From NCBI GenBank assembly GCA_034226945.1, contig CP120455.1, positions 806,001 through 870,000 on the forward strand: 64,000 nt of DNA. The letters run 5' to 3'. The DNA is from Picochlorum sp. SENEW3. Lineage: Eukaryota. Each line of letters opens with the position of its first letter. The stretch's first letter is position 1. The notes beneath the pieces are model-generated. The model was not told the DNA's origin, did not search any database, and saw only the letters and a program-made list of their open reading frames with translations. The position numbers and the translations under genes are program-made. Positions 63,079 to 64,000 of this stretch are shown piece after piece.

Positions 63079-64000
63079 GGCGGTTGGAGGCTACCAGAGC
63101 CAAAAACAGAAGGGTGAGTCTCCATCTTTTGGCGAATTGTTTTCATATGATGGCTCTAATTGGGTTGTTCTCATGCGATTTATAATCATGTATGTAGGCC
63201 CAGAAGAGATTTCGGGAGAAAACGAAGACGAACATGCTGAAAATGGAAGCAGATGTCAACAAGGGTCTGAAAGAGATTGAGTTTCTCCGACACCAGAATC
63301 GCAAATTGTTCCAGGATAGGCTGATTTTGACGTTCTCTACTATGTTGAGAAAAGAACTCGTGATAACATATACGGATAAAAACAATATCTGGAAATTTCG
63401 GCTGCCAGAGGGGCTGGCAGTTATGTCTGGAATGGAGAGTGATTCGTCATCAGTATGTGTTTCCACAACATTGGATGAGATGAGGAAAGCAAAAGTTTCC
63501 TTGCAAGAATCCATCGAAGCCGGCGGTGATTCATACAAGGATTCTTTGTTGGCGATTCTCGGGAAATTTTGGAGCGTGGCAGAACTCGATGCCATGAAAT
63601 TTGGTGAGCTTTTGCAGTTGGGCACAGCATGCAACTTCACCACCAAGGCAGCTTGGACTGCAATCATGTCAAGGGTTTCAAGCATCGACAGGGAGTTCAT
63701 GTTTAAGATGTACAACAATTTTAAGAAAGGGCAGGAGAAGTTATCAGAGTACTTGTCTTCAACATTGTCCCATTTGGAGGATTCCTCACCAGAGTCAGTT
63801 GAAAGTTCCGTGATGTCTGTACCGAAGATCAAGACCTCTCTTGAACTTTCCCGGTTAAATCAGGTGTCTCTGGAATTCTTTGCTCTGTACTGTGAGGCAT
63901 ATGTCCATCTGCAGCAAAGGAGCAGCATGAAGGATTTAGCCCACATCTGGGCAGAGTCCCCAACAGTGATCCCTGATGTGCTGAGTCTCCTCATTGCTCT
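63079..64000 (+). pseudogene. 3' part of the interrupted bZIP gene (exon 63079-63113, intron 63114-63197, exon 63198 to beyond 64000)
   Basis: RRLEATRAKNRR|AQKRFREKTKTNMLKMEADVNKGLKEIEFLRHQNRKLFQDRLIL gives an N-x7-R-x9-zipper pattern; frame open to the window end (hence missing from the ORF track). Confidence 0.8.

Noticed and set aside
63143..63832. 229-aa minus-strand ORF
   Set aside because: Antisense shadow of the open plus-strand bZIP exon; no motif of its own

Overview
Gene-dense eukaryotic nuclear DNA with short (mostly 50-120 nt) GT-AG introns, very short intergenic spacers and several plastid-targeted genes. It is most consistent with a compact green-algal genome (Picochlorum-like trebouxiophyte; this assignment is inference). 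Positions 1-56.7 kb hold about 32 mostly housekeeping genes: PIG-B, POLA2, RPB10, histidinol dehydrogenase, ALG6, RBM25, LSM12, pTAC3-like, SPT16, AP-1 mu, Bet1-like SNARE, UBL5, PDH-E1beta, CHZ/HIRIP3-like, RqcH/NFACT, plastid LPD, TIM50, RsmI, SMU1, ABCB transporter, KRR1, TPR/NUA, RRF, acyl-CoA oxidase, MAPK15, TBCA, isoamylase and a fructosamine kinase. The main finding is a complete, apparently intact 5,561-bp CACTA/EnSpm DNA transposon at 57515-63075. It has CACTAGCGTCA TIRs and a GAA target-site duplication, and carries a spliced DDE transposase plus a divergently transcribed orphan gene. It is inserted into the coding exon of a bZIP transcription factor just before the NRRAQKRFR basic motif. 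Other points of note: a PLP/M6 (lipophilin)-like tetraspan protein, a degenerate Janus/PHPT1-like domain, a cyanobacterial-type RqcH with an N-terminal extension, two small spliced genes missed by the ORF track, and same-strand gene pairs only 41-63 nt apart. All exon boundaries and family calls were made by eye and from remembered family motifs; no searches were run.
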